From: Balamuthia mandrillaris
Taxonomy: Eukaryota
Assembly: GCA_031835245.2 (NCBI GenBank)
Contig: JAVKOQ020000049.1
Coordinates: 124,001 to 188,000, forward strand
Length of the DNA: 64,000 bases
Direction: 5' to 3'
Below, one piece after another: positions 26,902-39,250 of this stretch; position 1 is the stretch's first letter; every line of letters starts with the position of its first letter. The notes beneath the pieces are model-generated. The model saw only the letters and a list, made by a program, of their open reading frames with translations. It searched no databases and was not told where the DNA came from. A program made the position numbers and the translations under genes.

Positions 26902-27196
26902 CTTTGTATCTAACTTTTCTGTCCTGTATCAGGCCTGAAAGAAAGAGCAATGCAACACAATTTCGGGACCAAGGAGCGGATTTCAAAAAAAAAAAAAAGG
27001 AAACCGTTAAAAGGGGGAGGGTGGAGAGATGAGGACTCACAACAAAAAAAACAAAAAAACAAAACAAAAAAAAAGCACGAAGGCTCAAAGAGCAAGGCGA
27101 TTTTCCCGACACCTTTCTTCTTTGTTTCATCTGTGTTTGTTCTTTTAACTTATTTATGTGCAAGAAGTTACTCCTCTTCTTCCTTTTTTTTTACAT

Positions 27197-28271
27197 TTAT
27201 TTTTTTCTCTCTGCTCCTTCTTTCTTCTTCTCCTCCAAGTCTGTCCGCGCCGTCATGGGTGGAGGTTCCTGTGCATAGTGATTGCCGTGGAGGTGTTGCA
27301 AGAATAGATAGAGGGTGTGGCAGAAGGTGGTGGCCAAGGGAACACGCACCAGCCCTGTGGTGAAGGACTTGGCGTTGCTGGCGGAGGGTTTGAAGGATTC
27401 CAAAAAGCCATACCAGAAAGCATAGCTTTCCTTGTGGTGTTGTCGGTAGAGCCTCGCGCCATCAAAGGGGTAGGACACCGCCATGGCGACGGTGCCCGCT
27501 AGAATGCTCGCCGTGGAGTTGTGCCAGAAAGCGGAGGAGAAGAAGGAGGCGGGGTCGGAGGAAGCGGAAGCAGCAGGAAAGAGGGGTTGCAAATGGCGAT
27601 TGAAGTAGCTGTAGAGCGGAAAGTAGGTGATGGACCAGGAGGTATCCCGAAGGACGACGCCCAGGCCTCCTCGAAAGAAGCCTCGAAGCCCAAACTTTTC
27701 ATAGACCTCTCTGCTGACTTGCAGAGTCCGTTTTTGCTGCCTGCTGGCTTGAAGAGGTACCTTTTTTCCCCCCCAACGTGTTTGTTTTGATGAGCAACAA
27801 AAAGTACATGAAAGAACAGAGAGAGGTTTGGAAATGACTCACTTTGATGACGTTGATGGGAGAGGCAACCAACCCAAGGCCGACACCAGAGATGAAGCCT
27901 GAGTAGAACTGGCTTTGTTTGGGGGTGTAGCCCTGCGTCTGAAAGAACCGCTTCAACACGTCCTGCGTGGGAAAGACGGCCATCTGCTTGACAGCTGTGG
28001 AGACCAGGTTGAAGACCAGGCCGTTGAAGAAGGTGGAGGAGGAGCCCAGGTGCTTCTTCTGGAAGAAGTAGCGGATGCGCAGGGAGTCTATGGGGTGGAA
28101 GACGGCAGCGTTGGCCAAACCCACGATCATGCCAGAGGAATACATGTGCAACAGCTCTCTCAGTGAAAAGGGTGGTGGAGGAGGCAGTGCAGCTGTTACT
28201 GTGCTCTGAGGCTGAGGAGGAGAAGCAGCAGACCGAGGAGGAGGAGGTTGAGATGGGTGAGGCTTGGCCAT
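27197..28271 (-). CDS. Mitochondrial carrier (SLC25 family), 2 exons
   Basis: HPIDSLRIR, SPINVIK|VPLQ, YPFDGARL; GLRGFFRG. Confidence 0.85.
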
Positions 28272-28896
28272 TTTTCGTTTCTTGTTTTGGTGGTGGTGCT
28301 ACACACGGAGGGGAAGAGCGGAGGGGGCTGAACGATGAAAGCAAAAAGTACAAAAGACACTCTAGAGCAGCCACACTATGCAGACCACGAGGAGGCAGTG
28401 CTGCAGCGGTGTGCGCATGTTCTTTTCTATCTGCTTTCTTCTCGTTCCATGGCGAAAATAGCGACCCCTCATGTCGACAAATAGAAAAGTTTCAATAATT
28501 TCTTGCTAAAAAATTCTACCGTCGATTATCCATAATTTTTTTGATATTTCGGCGTTTCTCGTAATTTTCTCAGCCCATTGCCCATTTTCTTCACTTTATT
28601 TTTTCCTCCTGCTACTCTTTCTTCTTCTTCTTCTTCCAGCAAAGAAGATGGAGCAACCACAGCAGAGGGGGGCTCTTCTTTCCTCCGCTACTTTTTGTTA
28701 AGGTCGATCGTTTGGTGCATACGTTTTTGTTTCGCGCGGGAGTGAAAGCAAACTTAGTTCTTTTTTTGAAGCCCTGTTTTCTTCAAAAATTATACATTAT
28801 TTTTCTTGCCACACAAATCATCAAAAGTCACAAATCATAGAAACTCACAACCAACGAACTCCCCCTTTTGTTCATCAAAAAAAAAAAAATAAGCAA

Positions 28897-29869
28897 ATGA
28901 GCCGTTCCAAGAAACACGTAACCATTGGGGCTTTGGATTCCTTTCCCGTGCCGGAGCCTGGGCAGGAGGTCGTGCAAGTCACCGAAATGAGAGGCACCAA
29001 CCTGGTGCAGGTCCTCCATGCAGACGGCAACGACAGGCGCTCTCTTTGCCTCATGCCTGCCAAGTTTAGAAAGACCCTTTGGATCAAACGAGGTATTTTT
29101 TCTCTCTTCTCTTCTCTCCTCTCAGTCTGTATCCGCCTATTCTGCGTCTACTTTCTTCTGTTCTCTCTCTTCTTCTTCTTCTTCTGGGCTGCCTGATGAA
29201 AAATTAGTCTGCATACTTTTTATGTGACTTTCCATGAGCACCTTTATATAAGTCTCTGACTAGCCCTTCTTCTTCTTCTTCTTCTTCTACTTCTTGTTCT
29301 TCTTGCCCCTTGCTGTGTGGATTTGTTTGTTTCTTCATGTCTCATGTTTTTATTTCGTTCATACAGGAAACTACTTGATCATAGAGCCCTTCACAGAGCT
29401 CTGTAGGAAACATGGCGAGCGAGAGAAAACTAAGATCAAAGGGAGGATTGTGCACGTCCTATTCCCCGACCAAGTGAAACACCTTCAAAAACAAAACCTT
29501 TGGCCCAGTGCCTTTTCTGACGAGAACAACAACAACAAAGACAAAGAAGAAGGCAGTGGCATCCAGCCAGGTGGTGGGGAGACAGAGCAAGATCATGACG
29601 AGCAAAAGATAGAAGGCGAGGATGGCGAAGAAGAAGAAGATAAAGGTAAAGGAAGGAGAGGAGAAGAGCGGCGGCCAGGTGCCCACAAACAGAAAGAGAA
29701 AGAAACGTTGGAAGAAGATGATGAGGATGAAGAAGAAGACGACGAAGATGAAGAAGAAGACGACGAAGATGAAGAAGAAGACGACGAAGATGACTATTTG
29801 GTTAATCCGAACAGACAACAAGTGTATGAAAGTGAGAGCGAGAGCAGCGAAGAAGAATGGGAGTATTAA
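28897..29869 (+). CDS. EIF1AD: eIF1A-domain RNA-binding protein EIF1AD, 2 exons
   Basis: RGTNLVQV, MPAKFRKTLWIKRG|NYLIIEP, VKHLQKQNLWP, acidic tail with NPNR. Confidence 0.9.
29186..29266 (+). ncRNA. Intronic box C/D snoRNA candidate
   Basis: Terminal stem GGGCTG/TAGCCC; box C TGATGA at 29194-29199; box D CTGA at 29256-29259; embedded between CTT tracts in the EIF1AD intron. Confidence 0.75.
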
Positions 29870-29975
29870 CACTGTTTTCTTGTTTTGTTGCAACAAACCA
29901 GTGAACAAAAAGAAAGAAAGATTGAAAATCTATATTATAAGTTTGAGGAGGAGGGACCAGTTTGTTTTTGTTTGT

Positions 29976-30581
29976 TTAGTCCTGGTTTCTGATCTTGAGC
30001 TCCATCAACTCGTCTTCGAGGTGGCGGATCTTGGTGATGACCTCCTTTCTGAAGGCCAAAAAGTCCTTGGTGCTGACCACGTCCTTATCTTCAGGCTTCT
30101 TGCCCTTCAGCTCCTTGGTCTTGTTCTCCACAACGTGCTCTGGAATCAGTTCATCCTCCTTTGTGTTTGTATTTTTTTTTAACAGAGTGAAAAAAATAAG
30201 TTAAATAATCACAAATGAAAGAGAGAGAGAAGAGAGAGAAGAGAGAGAGAGGAAAAGGGAGAGAGGCAAGGAGAGAGAGAAGAGAGAGAGAAGAGAGAGA
30301 GAGAGAGAGGAAGAGGGAGAGAGTATAAGAAGAGCAAAAAAGCGTACACTCAAGCCAAGGGATTCTCTGAACTTCCTCATGACTTCGGCGTCGTGCTCCC
30401 TGACGGCCTTCTCCTCAAGGCCCCTTTGGCGGTCGCCCAGCTTGCCCTTCAGGCTGCTGGTCTCACCGACGTAGGTCCTGCTTTGGAGGAGGAGGGGAGC
30501 CGCGCTCCTGGCGGAGGGGGAAAACACCAAACCACGCTGCAGGAGGATGGGGGTAGTAGTGGTAGCCGCACTGCGCAACAT
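29976..30581 (-). CDS. Mitochondrial F1-ATPase inhibitor IF1-like, 2 exons
   Basis: Arg/Ser-rich presequence; GKLGDRQRGLEEKAVREHDAEVMRKFRE; C-terminal coiled coil KIRHLEDELMELK. Confidence 0.72.
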
Positions 30582-30796
30582 TGTTTTTTTTCTATTCAAA
30601 AAACAGAAATACAAAAAAAATTTTGTCGTTTTTTTTGTATGTGTCGACATAAAATCCTTCTAGAAAAATGGATGAAAATAGGGCAAAATCCCAGAGAAAA
30701 CGATCGAGTTGTTGGATTTCGAGTCGACACGATAGTATTGTCTAGTTTTCTTTTTTTTGTTGATCAAAAATGTGGCAAGAAAAGTAATGCAAGATG

Positions 30797-33160
30797 TTAC
30801 AGGTTAGTGATTCGTTGCACCGTTACTTCTTCGTAGTCTGGAGAGACTGAAAGAAGAAGAAGAAGAAGAAGAAGAAGAAGAAGAAGAAGAAGAAGAAGAA
30901 GAAGAAAAAGGTTAGCAGAAGGGAGAAGAACAACCAAAAGGAAGGAGATAAAAAGCAATCGCAGTTGCGTACCATCCACGGTAAATAACTCGTTTGTGTG
31001 AGTATGAGTTCGGTCATCAAAGCCGCCAAAGATGATAAAACGTCGTTTGCACCCAATGATGGTGCGGTATTGACCTCCAATCTCTCCTCCGATCCAGGTC
31101 ATGCTTTTCCAGGTCATTTCTACAGAAGAGAGAAAAATATTAGTAGGTGTGAACAAGAAGCGAGACTAAGCGAGGAAGATAACCATTGGAAAAAAGGTCC
31201 ACCATGGAGATGGATGACCCGGAGAGGTAGAATGCCTTGCCCTCGTGGAATAAAAGCAATCCCTTATGTCCACATGGACTCGGTGCGTTCTTGATCGGAC
31301 CATAGGTTTTACATGTACATGTGATCTTCATCTCAGTCGGCAGAGAAGAAGACGAAGAAGAAGAAGAAGAAGAAGAAGAAGAAGAAGAAGAAGAAGAAGA
31401 AGAAGAAGAAGAAGAAGAAGAAGAAGAAGAAGCTGATGATGGTGATAACGAAGTGAAAGACGAGGAAGAAGGAAGAGAATGGAGTAAGACTTCATCAGAG
31501 TAGAGCGGAGAAAGCTCAATGACATCAAAAGAGTCCAACGAAAACAGGGACTGCTCTTTGTTCTCTCCACCGCCAATAAATAATTGTCTGTCAAATACTC
31601 CAGAGCTGTGGTATTGTCGGCACCGAGGTGTCGTTCCTGTTATTTCTATTTGCTGCCACATCCCCGTTTCGTCTAATCGTTTAACAGGAGAGTGCACGAG
31701 AAAAGAGCAGCGACTTAGAGAGAAGTAAAGTAGCAAGAAAAAAAAAGAGTGGAAACAAGAAAGAATGCAACAGTAGGAGAAAACAAATGAAGTAACCTAC
31801 TTTGAATGGTTAACAACCATAGATCGTTAAAGCAAATGGTGGGAGTATCGCTCTGGTTTTTGCCTCCAAAGATAAGCATGCGATCATCTTCAAGCTTGTC
31901 TAATGTATGGGAATGCCGCGCAAGCGGCAGTCCGGCGCTGGGGTTTTGTTGAAGTTTCCGCCATGATGCATCCTCTGTAAAGGAAGAAGAAAGAGGTGAT
32001 TGGCAAGAAGTACAAAGAATAAGAAAGACCTACTAACCTAAATCAAAACAATAGAGATTGTTGGAGGCAGGAGTGCCCCCATACATGATCAGACTTTTGT
32101 GTATCATGCACATACGTGCAGTTGTTCTGGTCAACTTCATACATGAAGATTTGGTGTCAGTAAACAGAAGCAACGACATCTCTAACCAACAAGCTATAAC
32201 ATACTTGTCCTACGCTGCAGATTCCCCAGTCGACGGTCGCCTCTTCCCACATGAATCCTGTCCCTATTTTATGTGAAGATTTAAAGTCAAGGAAAGCAGG
32301 AGAACGAAACGATAAGCAATACTGAAACAAGCTACAAGGAACAAAGAAAGAAACGACAAGAAAGAAAGAAAAAAAACGATAGAAAAGAAAGAAAAAGGAA
32401 AAGGCTAAAGCCAACCAAAACGAGATTCATGTAGCCGGTACCGAAGCTCCTCTGGAATGTTGAGGGATTCAAAGTCATTGTATTGTTGGTTTACGGCCTG
32501 ACAACATAGCTCCAGTAGTGTTGGAAACTCGGTGCTCCCTGTGGCAGTTATCAAACACGGAACTTCGTGAGAACAGGAAGAAGTAGAGGAGAGAAGAAAA
32601 GAAGAAAGCAAGCAAAGGAAAAAAAGGATGAAAGCGAGAGAGAGAGAGAGAGAGAGAGAAGCAAAGAAGCAGAGAAGAGAATAGGCTGATGAACGCAGAA
32701 AGAAAGAAGATACCAAGGTGTAAGAAGTAAGTGTCGGCAAGGTACGAGCCATTGTAGCCGCCATACACCACCATCACGTCCTGTTTTGGCGAGAGACACA
32801 CGCAATGGCCAGCCCGTGGACATGGCTCTTTGGCAAACAGAGAGAACGAACGCAGTGAAGGAAGAACGCAGAGAAGAAGAGCGAGAGAGAGAGAGAGAGA
32901 GAGAGCAAAAGTGAATCCTTAAAAGAAAAAAAAAAAGAGACCATAACTCAAAAAAAGTTACTTGGCTGGCATGGTTGCTCTTCCATGAGGCCTTTGTCTC
33001 CTTTGCTGGGGTGGTGGGTGGCGTCGGTAGGGTTGCTGTCCTCGCGGCCTTCAGAGCTATTGTTACTATTATTGCTGGTTCTGTAGCGGAAGGAGGCTGG
33101 CGAGGAGCTTCTTCGTTTGGTTTGGCTGCTCAACTTTTGTCGGTTGACCTTATTGCCCAT
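30797..33160 (-). CDS. Kelch-repeat protein with internal BC-box-like motif and possible N-myristoylation, multi-exon
   Basis: PRAGHC...VYGGYNG, RRHSHT...IFGG, RQYHSS...IGGG, IIFGG; PTLLELCCQAV; starts MGNK. Confidence 0.78.
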
Positions 33161-33464
33161 CGTTTTTCCAAAGGAAAGTATTTTTTGTTTTGAAAATAAA
33201 AAAAAGGAGAGGAAGAAGGAGAGAGAGAGAAAGAGAATGAGCAGAGAGAGAGAGAGAAATGCAACTAAAAGAGAGGAGCTTCAACAAAACAAAAGAGAGA
33301 AAGACAACGTTGACTCCTATGTTCAATTCTTCGTTTTTCTTATTTCTTTTTCTTTCTCATTTTTACAGATCGTCTGCGTCCAATCGTAAATCATACATCA
33401 GTCGACAAATATTTTGATCTGAGGTCGCGAGCATGGACATAATCCAGGATAGGAGAGAGCGTAA

Positions 33465-34917
33465 ATGTCCGCAAAAATCAAAAAAGTGCTGCAGCAAAGC
33501 AGAAGCAAAACTGACCAGAAGCTGTACAAGTCGAGACCAAAAAGAGCACAGAAGAAAGCAGCAAAGAGAGAAAGAGAGATGGATTACGTTTGGCAGATCA
33601 TTGGGACAAAGGAAGGGGCAGGGGCTTTCCCTGAAGGACAACAGCCACAACGCGAGCTACGCAAGAGCCTCAAGAGCATCAGTTGGCCTCTTTTCTCTCC
33701 GCTGGCGGCCTCCCCCCACACACACATTGATGGGCAGCAACCGTGGGTGGCGGTGGAGGAAGGGTTCCTAAGGGAGTGGGAGGCGAAGTCCATGCTCAGC
33801 GCAAAGCAACGTGACATCGCCCACCGACTGCTGCTTCAGCATGCAGAGTTTTGTCCTGATGACGTCGAAACGTTTCAACGAGAGAGCTTGCCACAAGCGC
33901 CACCTGCTCTTGTTACCAACGCTGCTGCACCTTCTTCCACTGATGAGCACATACGGGAGGAACAAGACGAAGCCTCTGTAGCAGCCTATTTAGAAGAGAG
34001 TGGAGGAAGAGGAGAAGGTGAAGAAAACGACACTGAAGAAGCCATGCAACGGATATATGCATGGCTGGACGCTATCGCTGAAGCTGGAGAGACAGAAAAA
34101 GCTGCTGACTTTGGGTATGTTTGACCTTTTGCTCTTTGCTCTCTCTTCTTATTTTTCGTGTTCTGGTTCTGGTTGTTCTTGTTCTACTTCGTGTTGTAGT
34201 TCTTGTTCTTGTTGTAGTTCTTCTTGTTGTAGTTCTAGTTCTAGTTCTTCTTCTTCTTCTTCTTCTTCTTCTTCTTCTTCTCCTTCTTCTCCTTCTCCTT
34301 CTTCTCCTTCTCCTTCTTCTTCTTCTCCTCCTCCTCCTCCTTTACTATATTCTGATCTGGATACATCAAAGGTTGAAAGTGGCCGATATTGTAGATAACA
34401 GGAATTGGTGTAAACAATTGGAGGACGAGATAGAGGAGGTACTTCGTTTCATAGCTACAAAACGGAAGGAGTGCGACAGCATTACCGACCCCCAAACTGC
34501 AGAACAATTGAAGCAGGCTTGTGAGCAACAGTTTTTCGCATATAACTCTGACGAAGTATTTGTTTTTCTTTTCTTATCCTTTTGCCTTTTCGTTCAGACT
34601 AACCGCTGCTACGAATGCAGTTCTTTGCAAGTTTTTGGGCACAACGAAGAGAACAGGAATTGCAAGAAGCAGAGCAAAGAGAAAGAGAGCTACTGCTGAA
34701 AGAAGCGCAAGAGCGACAAGCAAAGCAGGATGAGTTGGATCCTGTGGAACGGCGGAGAGCGAGAGCAAGCAGCAGGGAGGATGTTTTCAGCGAGGAGCAG
34801 CGGCCAGTTTCGGAGCGCCCAAATGTACAAAGCGAGCTTGGGCCAAGGCAACACCGAGAATCCTCTCTTTGGTCAGAAGGAGACACACAAGAAGGAGAAA
34901 AGTGCATGCTTATGTAG
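33465..34917 (+). CDS. Uncharacterised protein ending in CaaX (CMLM), 3 exons
   Basis: Introns ~34115-34371 and ~34556-34620 join three ORF-track segments in frame; basic N-terminus, coiled-coil C-terminus. Confidence 0.6.
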
Positions 34918-34970
34918 ACCAATGAGACGATAAATACTTAACGGAACAAGAATACAAAGGAATGGTGGGA

Positions 34971-37754
34971 TCACAGCGCGTCGTCCTCCTCCCGCTGAGA
35001 GGGGACGGAGCGCCTTGGCTGCAGCTGTATTTCCAGCAACCTGCCCAGCCGGTTCCTCCGCCGCCAGATGAAGAACCCCACCGTCGAAGCAGCTGCCGCA
35101 GCCACCAAGACTGCTCCTCCTCAAACAAACAAATAACAAAAATAGCACTCACGGATGTGGTGAACTGGTCCACAGGCACGCCTTCCGAAATATGCCCGAC
35201 CAAAACCTTATGCTCTGGTTTCTCATCTATGGAGAAGTAGAGCCAGAATAGATCGTTGGCCGAAACATAGAGCGTGTACTCCCCTGTCGCGGGGGGTTTG
35301 ATGTATCCTGTCACCATTCGCGTGAAGTTCTCATCCACATTCTTAGCTGATTGGAACTCAAAGACATAGCCTTGGTAATATGGAGCACCTAATATTCATC
35401 CGAAGGGAAGAGAGAGCAAGAAGGAGAGAGAGAGCAAGAAGGAGAGAGAGAGCAAGGAGATTTTTAGCACAAATGTTTGCATCGGTGAATGGGATAAGAA
35501 GCACAACAAAGAAGGAAGAACGAAGAACAAAGAAACAAGAACAAGAAACACAAGAATAACGAACGGAGGTTCAGAAACAACAAGTAAAGAAAAAAAGAGA
35601 GAAGAAGATACCAGCTGTGATAGAATAGGGGTCCTCTTCATCACTCCCGCTCCATCGCCTTTCCAACAGTCCGTTGAATGTGCTCGTTCCCGCTGGCCAG
35701 CATACCACCTCTACCTTGCCGTACCCCACCACCCCCTTGGAGGTGGTGGCTTTCACCACCAGCTGCCGCGAAAAAGGACACTTCAACTCTCCGCCTCTCA
35801 ATAGCAAATCTCCATTCGGCCGAAACTCAAACTGTTGCTCTTCATCACCCATCATAATCTCCAAGGAAGAGATCGGAGACGCTGAAATTACTGCTTGACT
35901 AATGGAGCCCACCTTGCCCTCTGCTGCCCGAAGGAGAGAGTCGCCAAAGATGCGAATGCTGACTGCGTTTATGACTGGAGAGCTGTATTCTTGCATTTGG
36001 ACTTGCATCAAGATCACCTGTTCGATCTTAGGCTGCGTAGGGGCGGAAGTGAGTGGAATGCTCCACCCTTGGGCTGTGACTTTAAAAGAGAGGTCATTGG
36101 ACAGCTGGTTGGTTCTCTTGTGGAGGGTCAGTTCTCCACTCACCTTGTCGATGCTGAAGATGGATGGACTTGTAGGTTCGGAGATGAAGAAGTCAAAGAT
36201 CTCCCCTGGGTCCGGGTCCACCACTCCGATCTTGCCCACCACGGAGAAGATATCATCCTCCGCCACTAAGATTTGTTGTGGAGACAGGGACTGCGGAGGC
36301 GAAGAGCCATCCCACACAGGGTATTGCTTGGCCGCAATATGGCTGTACACCGCTTCCGAGATGGGATAGTCCTTGTGGCCCAGGCCATAACGCAGGAAGT
36401 AGGCCTTGAGGTCCCTTTCTGCTGCATCGCACAACAGAATAAAAAGCCGGTCTCTCTTGGCGTTGACGCTGTTGGAATCGAATGCATCCAAGGCTGGATC
36501 GGAGGTCTGACCTTTCCTCCAATGCATCAAGCGACCAAAGGCTTGGCGATAGAGGTCCCATCCGAAGGCCTCCGCTAAGTTTAGGAAAAAGTCCACCAGC
36601 AAGGCACATCCTGTCGTGTACCACCAACTCCCAGTGGATCCGGATCTGGTGGCGATCCTATCAGATGCGTTGGGAAACGGGGTGTTTGGATGATATGTGG
36701 ATTGGCGGTAAACCACCTAATAAATAAGTTGTTCCAAGATATACTTGCTGAAGGTGGAATACGGCTGAATCTCCCATTCAGAGTTCCAGTGTAGCTGTAA
36801 GTTTGTATAGTTAATAAATGGGTTTTTTGTGAACAACAGCATAGGAAAAAATGCAAGATAAACAAACCAGCATGTTGCTGCTGAGACTGAGGAAGCAATT
36901 CCTGCTTTGCATACCGGGGTTCAAAACCAAAGATGGAGTGTCTGGGACCATTGGGTAATGATACGTCAACGCCTATTTTATTGAGAGCCGAGGGTCTGGA
37001 GTGGCGGCATCTCCTCTTGTGCGGTAGGGCTCATATCCGGTATAGTAATCCAATGTTTTCACCACTGTTTGCCAATGGTCCGCCACCTGCATATGTGGGG
37101 GGGCAAAGAAATTGGTCAACAAAACACCCAAAAGTGAAAGCAAAAAAGCCAGAACCTTTTGTGGGGATTCAACTTGCAACAATTCCTCCCTGGTCGCATA
37201 TGCGATGAAGGTTGGGGTGTTGCCACAATTCTCTGTGCTTTCAGTGGCAATGAAGCCCTAGGGCGCTGGCTTGTCCCTCAGGGGTAAACATAGAGAGCGT
37301 TAAGAAACGTACCCGACAGTTGTGCAGGTGTGGAAAAGAGGAGATATTGAAAGTTTTGCTCTAAGAGCGCTACATAAGGGAACGTACTGGGCATGAAGCC
37401 CACCCTCACCTCTTGCGGCTGCTCCGCTTTGCCTGCCTACAATAGTGTGTTCCGCATCAGGGTCTTAAGGTACGCATAGTCGTTAGCGTAGGTAGCGAAC
37501 CCGGTGTGCGCGAGAACGACCATCCGTGCGGGGCTGGAGCAACCGTCCGCTTCTGAACAGCTGGGGTAATAGCCGGCTGCGGCCGCTACACGTCCAGAGA
37601 CGTGCACAAAAGGGAAAGAGGAACGAGAGCTGATTGCCACGCCGCCTGTTCGTTGTAGTTGAGTCAGAGAGAGAACAAGAACAAGAACAAGAACAACAAC
37701 AACAAGAACAACAACAACAAGAACAACAAGAACAACAACAACAACAACAACAAG

Positions 37755-37786
<32 letters not shown>

Positions 37787-37787
37787 G

Positions 37788-37822
<35 letters not shown>

Positions 37823-37823
37823 G

Positions 37824-37918
<95 letters not shown>

Positions 37919-38114
37919 GAACAACAAAAGGAAGAGATGAAGAAGAAAAAGATGGTGGCCACGCACCAACAACAGCAGAGGGTAAAGGTAAGGATTGGCC
38001 TAAAAGAGATTGGGTGAGAGCAGCAAAGTCGGCGGCGATGTTGCTCTGTCCAGTGCACGACCACACAAAGCAGCCCGCTGCCAAGACCAGCAGCAAAACA
38101 CGTGAATCGAACAT
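34971..38114 (-). pseudogene. Decayed M60-like/TCAF-type + cadherin-like + PA14 type-I membrane protein gene
   Basis: Signal peptide; in-frame TAG in NTLL*AGK (37437-37439); AFGWDLYRQAF; DPDPG...FSIDKVSGEL; GYIKPPATGEYTLYVSAND; TM tail GAVLVAAAAASTVGFFIWRRR; no HEXXH seen. Confidence 0.65.
37674..37927. repeat. (AAC)n/(AAG) trinucleotide tract, ~250 bp, intronic
   Basis: Direct reading; lies in minus-strand intron 37646-37966. Confidence 0.95.
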
Positions 38115-39250
38115 CTGCCCGCAAGGAGTAGATGGTATGCCTTGGTTGTCTGTGGCGAGCCAGCGTGCCGGGCACAAACAACGCCAAGCGACAGGAGCCC
38201 ACAGGAACATTCTCTTTTAAAGATAAGCGCGCTTGCAATTCGCCGACGTTTTGCCCTAAAGGAAAGCAACACGAGTAGGAGAGATCTCCCTCGTTTCCTT
38301 TTTCCGGGTCGGTTCGTTCACGAATAGGGCGGTCTCTCCTTTGGCGCACCAAGCAGAGGTCTCTCGTTTCCCATTGAATGGGAGCAGGAGGAATGCGGAG
38401 GGGGGGGGGGAAGGAATCGGCGGAGAGGTGCCCAAGGACGAAGGTGAAGCGAAGGATGGAGGGGACGGGAACGGAGCTCGCCAGGTGTCACGTTGGTCAC
38501 GTTGGAATCGGTCGAGATTAGGTTGTGGGTTTAAAAAGAAGGAAGAACAACGCACAACAAGACCGAAAGGAAGGAAGGAAGGAAGGAAGGAAAGGAAGCA
38601 CTAGAAGGAAAGAAAGAAACGAAAAAGATGAGTAGAAAGTAAGAAAAGAAAAAGATGGAGATTTCTAACCCGAGTTCAACAACGAATCGCGTTCCATCTC
38701 AGCGACGGCAACGAGGTATCTCCAACGAGGACCATGCGCATGAATCCCATCTCTCTCCGCCCCTTCCCCAAAGCCATCGACGCTCTGCCCGTTGTGTACC
38801 ACACCCCTCCGTCTCCTTGCTACTCGAATCTGTTTTTTTTTTCCTTTGCCTGAAAAGAAATGGTCAGGGATTTCAGGGCAGCATAAAACGTCCCGCAGAT
38901 CCCCTGTTACTTTATAGCGGGGTAATCAGTGTCGACAAGGACCATCACCACACTAAAACATTGCCCGTTGGGTGATTTCATTCATGCATAAAACTTGCAA
39001 CTGTTGGGAATCGAACCCATGATGTCTACATGAATTCATCCCATAAACGAAATAAACGGCATTTGGGTGACAACAATTCGTGGAGTTTTCCTTCTTGCAA
39101 TTTTTCATTGCAGAAAAAAAACTGAAAAAAGATCAAATCAAAGAAAAATCTGATTTGATCTCTTCTCTCTTATTTTTTTCTTTCTTCCTTTGATTGAAAT
39201 TGATTTTACTTGCCTGCCTGCACGGTGCACAACCCAAAGAAAACCTAAAA

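Noticed and set aside
37483..38352. Poly-Cys, poly-Val, poly-Gln and poly-Asn ORFs
   Set aside because: Frames through an intronic (AAC)n tract bounded by GT...AG on the minus strand
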